Below are positions 45,823 through 49,392 of a DNA stretch of 49,392 bases, piece by piece. The notes beneath the pieces are model-generated. The model made no database searches. It saw only the letters and a list, made by a program, of their open reading frames with translations, and had not been told where the DNA came from. The position numbers and the translations under genes are program-made. Source of the stretch: Thraustochytrium aureum (Eukaryota); the NCBI GenBank assembly GCA_012862495.1, contig BLSG01000196.1, positions 1 to 49,392 on the forward strand. Reading direction: 5' to 3'. Positions within the stretch are counted from its first letter, which is position 1; every line of letters starts with the position of its first letter.

Positions 45823-47272
45823 CCCGCCGACCCGAGCCCAAACCTAACCGAGCCTCCCGCTCCAGCCCACGCGCGCAAACCCCCACGCAAGCGCAGCGAG
45901 CCCCGCACCTTGCGCCCTAACCGCCTCCCGCAGCTGCACTACTGCTCCTCGCGCGCTCCTTCCGCTCTCTGTGCTCTGCTCGTTGCGGGTCTGCCCGCCT
46001 GCCCGCCTGCCCTGCAGCACGCACGCAAGCACGCAGCGCAGTGGGCGAAACTAATGCACAAACGCAACCGTATGAAAAAGGAAGTAGGGCTTTAACCTGT
46101 GCGGAATGAGGGGTTTTAACCTGTGCGTTTTCCATGAGGTGGGCGTGCTGTGCTGGACGGACGGCAGGCTTGTTGTTTATCGGGCGTGCTGCAGACACCG
46201 ATCGATGGATGCATCGGTGCGCAGCCGGGGAGTGTACTTGGCGCGAGGCGGCGCGCTCGATGCGGTTGTTGCTCGACCGCGGCCGACTGGGCGCTTGGCG
46301 TGCGCGGGCGGCCGACCAAGGCGCTGGCGGACGAGGCCGTGGCGGGTCTGCGGCGTTTGGGGCGGCGGCCACTGCTACAGTACTTGTTTGGATTTCTGCA
46401 TGATGCTGGGAGAGTCGTGGATCGATGTGGCCATGGCCGGCGCGACCCACGGCGCTGACCTCGTCGTTGTCTGCTCGCTGACGAGTGCGGCTGACAGGCC
46501 ATTCCCGGCGCGCCCAGCGAGTTTGATGGCGTCTGATGAGTGAGGCCCTGTGAATGAACAAGGGCACGGTGAAGGGCGTTGTTGTTGAGTCTGGTCTCTA
46601 CCTCGCCGGTGAACTCTTCCAGAAAGAGAGCGGGAAGACCACGGCGGGGCTGGCTGCCATGAGAGAGTCCAAGACCCTCCCAAAAGTGCAACCGTGCTCG
46701 CATGCGCGAACGGGGCCCGAGCAGGCAAAAGTAGCCTTTGCTGGCGGCGCAGCGCAAGGCCTGTGACTACGAAGAGGCCACGCGCGAGGCGGCGCCCAAA
46801 ACGTCGTCGCTCAAAAGGTGCGTCGCTGGTTCAAGGACCTCGTCAGCGCGGAGGCATTCAGGTGTATCTTGGCCGCGTCGACTTTGACAACGCTGCGCTT
46901 CTAAATGGGCAAGATGGTGTTTGCTAGCTGGGGGGGTTGCTCACGGAGCGCGAAGCTTGCAACGCGCCTCGGAGCGGCGAAAGCCTGTGGACGCCAGCTA
47001 GTCCCTGGTCGTCGACGCAAGGTCTCAAGCGTAAATGATTGCCAACCAGCTCGCCGGCGGCGGCCCGGGCTAGAGGAGTGACCCAAACAGTATTGGACAA
47101 CAGGCGTTGTGTGAAGCTGTTTGCCCAGGACATCGCTAAGCGTTGTTGCGCAGTCGACGGCCAGTAAGAAGAGTCGGTTTTGTTTTGAGGCGCGCTCGAC
47201 GAGGTTGCTCCGTCGGAGAGATGCAACGGTCAACTTCATGGACAATTATTCGATAAGGATAACGATGGTTTA

Positions 47273-48806
47273 CTAACCGCGCAAGGACGCCGGTGCCGTA
47301 GCGTCCTGAAGGCAGCAGCCGCACTCGTCGTTTGCGGGCTGGCCGCAAAGATCGTCACGCCAGTACATGTCCGCTGGACAGGACTCTCGCGTGCCGCATT
47401 CCCCCCTGAGGGTTGTGCACGCGTCGGTTTGTTCGCAAAGCTGCGGGTCGCTCCGCATCTTGCAGACGCACTTGGTGTCGACGCCGTTGATCAAGCACAG
47501 GTCTGGGTCGCACGTCTCCACGAGCGGGTCNNNNNNNNNNNNNNNNNNNNNNNNNNNNNNNNNNNNNNNNNNNNNNNNNNNNNNNNNNNNNNNNNNNNNN
47601 NNNNNNNNNNNNNNNNNNNNNNNNNNNNNNNNNNNNNNNNNNNNNNNNNNNNNNNNNNNNNNNNNNNNNNNNNNNNNNNNNNNNNNNNNNNNNNNNNNNN
47701 NNNNNNNNNNNNNNNNNNNNNNNNNNNNNNNNNNNNNNNNNNNNNNNNNNNNNNNNNNNNNNNNNNNNNNNNNNNNNNNNNNNNNNNNNNNNNNNNNNNN
47801 NNNNNNNNNNNNNNNNNNNNNNNNNNNNNNNNNNNNNNNNNNNNNNNNNNNNNNNNNNNNNNNNNNNNNNNNNNNNNNNNNNNNNNNNNNNNNNNNNNNN
47901 NNNNNNNNNNNNNNNNNNNNNNNNNNNNNNNNNNNNNNNNNNNNNNNNNNNNNNNNNNNNNNNNNNNNNNNNNNNNNNNNNNNNNNNNNNNNNNNNNNNN
48001 NNNNNNNNNNNNNNNNNNNNNNNNNNNNNNNNNNNNNNNNNNNNNNNNNNNNNNNNNNNNNNNNNNNNNNNNNNNNNNNNNNNNNNNNNNNNNNNNNNNN
48101 NNNNNNNNNNNNNNNNNNNNNNNNNNNNNNNNNNNNNNNNNNNNNNNNNNNNNNNNNNNNNNNNNNNNNNNNNNNNNNNNNNNNNNNNNNNNNNNNNNNN
48201 NNNNNNNNNNNNNNNNNNNNNNNNNNNNNNNNNNNNNNNNNNNNNNNNNNNNNNNNNNNNNNNNNNNNNNNNNNNNNNNNNNNNNNNNNNNNNNNNNNNN
48301 NNNNNNNNNNNNNNNNNNNNNNNNNNNNNNNNNNNNNNNNNNNNNNNNNNNNNNNNNNNNNNNNNNNNNNNNNNNNNNNNNNNNNNNNNNNNNTCGATGC
48401 ACTCTTGGGTTTCCTTGCAAGGAGGCGGGTCGCTCCGCATCTTGCAGACGCACTTGGTGTCGACGCCGTTGATCAAGCACAGGTCTGGGTCGCACGTCTC
48501 CACGAGCGGGTTGCACATCGACGGGTCCACGCACTCGCCGCCCTTGTCCTTGCACAGCTCCGTCTGCCGGCAAAGCGAAGGCTCGCTTTTTATGCAGCAT
48601 CCGCAGTCACTCAGATCCGGGCTTGCGGCATTTGCACAAATTGTCGCGTCCCACGTCGCGCCATCCGGGCAGTCTTCCCGTTTTGTGCACTCTGCGTTCT
48701 GAAATGCGCTGCATTCGTCGTCCAGGATGCAGGCCCCTTGCCCCGACGCTCCGACAAGCAAGATTGCACCAGCTATGCCGAGCAGTCGGGCGCCTGCGGC
48801 CTTCAT
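47273..48806 (-). CDS. Secreted cysteine-rich tandem-repeat protein; middle repeats lost in gap
   Basis: Signal peptide MKAAGARLLGIAGAILLVGASG; ~50-aa modules CxQTxxCxxxGGEC...C...C...CxC(C); identical 87-bp segments at 47443-47529 and 48425-48511. Confidence 0.8.
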
Positions 48807-49392
48807 GGTCGTTGTACCAGTAGTCGGACGGCAGCCTGTCGACGCCACCTATCGGCAATCCACGTCGTCCTTGGTGCCGCTTCTCTCTTCCAACTCGCGT
48901 TGAGGATCTGCTCTTCGTTGGTGCCGAGTTGGTTGCGGCTTGCTCTCGAAAACGAGGTGGAACACTGCGCAATTGGGAGTAGTGCAAGTCGCGACACGTG
49001 TCAACTTCCGAGTCGCGTTTGCCGCGCGCAAGCAAGATCGCGGTCTCTTCAGAAAGTCTGAGAAGGCCCGGAAGGATCGCCAACTGTTCGGCGTTGTTGG
49101 CGAACTCGAAGGTCGCGGTCGCTCCTGTTGCGACATTCCAAAACAACGAGCCAAGTAGTTACTCTACTCCTGGAAGTTCTCTTACCTCAACGAAACCTCA
49201 GCGAACCCTCAACTCTCCCTCTTTCCGCAAGGCGGCTCAAGCCAGGATGGATGGCCGCGCCGGACAACAACATCACGCGCCGCGCGACGAGGTGTGCGCA
49301 CGCATGGAGCTTGACCATCGACAAGCAGATGCATAACCACCTTACTCTACTTCTGAATTCTGGTGTGTGGTAGAGGAGTAAGGTGCTCGAAG

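Noticed and set aside
46100..47250. Small ORFs between CerS and the Cys-rich gene
   Set aside because: No recognisable motifs; they cannot be supported as genes.

Overview
GC-rich, gene-dense, intron-poor eukaryotic nuclear scaffold with many N-gaps. It is probably a protist; a stramenopile or thraustochytrid-like origin is an inference only. Recognisable housekeeping genes: RPC34/POLR3F, organellar IF2, a probable MED9, TFB2/GTF2H4, a divergent TFIIA-gamma, VTC4 (one 72-bp GT-AG intron), CPSF2 and a LAG1/CerS ceramide synthase. Other genes: a BLVRB-like NAD(P)-binding protein, an FkbM-type methyltransferase, a bacterial-type GltS symporter, a putative 2OG-Fe(II) oxygenase-like protein, a multi-pass membrane protein and a secreted Cys-rich repeat protein. 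Three items stand out: (1) a ~11-kb, ~3,600-aa DUF3638/DUF3645 SF2-ATPase-like giant protein with unusual accessory modules; (2) a tandem pair of paralogous signal peptide + PA-domain + 7TM receptor-like genes; (3) a ceramide synthase with the animal CerS2-6-type Hox-like domain. Single-base G/C indels break many genes, including essential ones, and are most likely sequencing or assembly errors. No rRNA, tRNA, CRISPR array or transposase was recognised.
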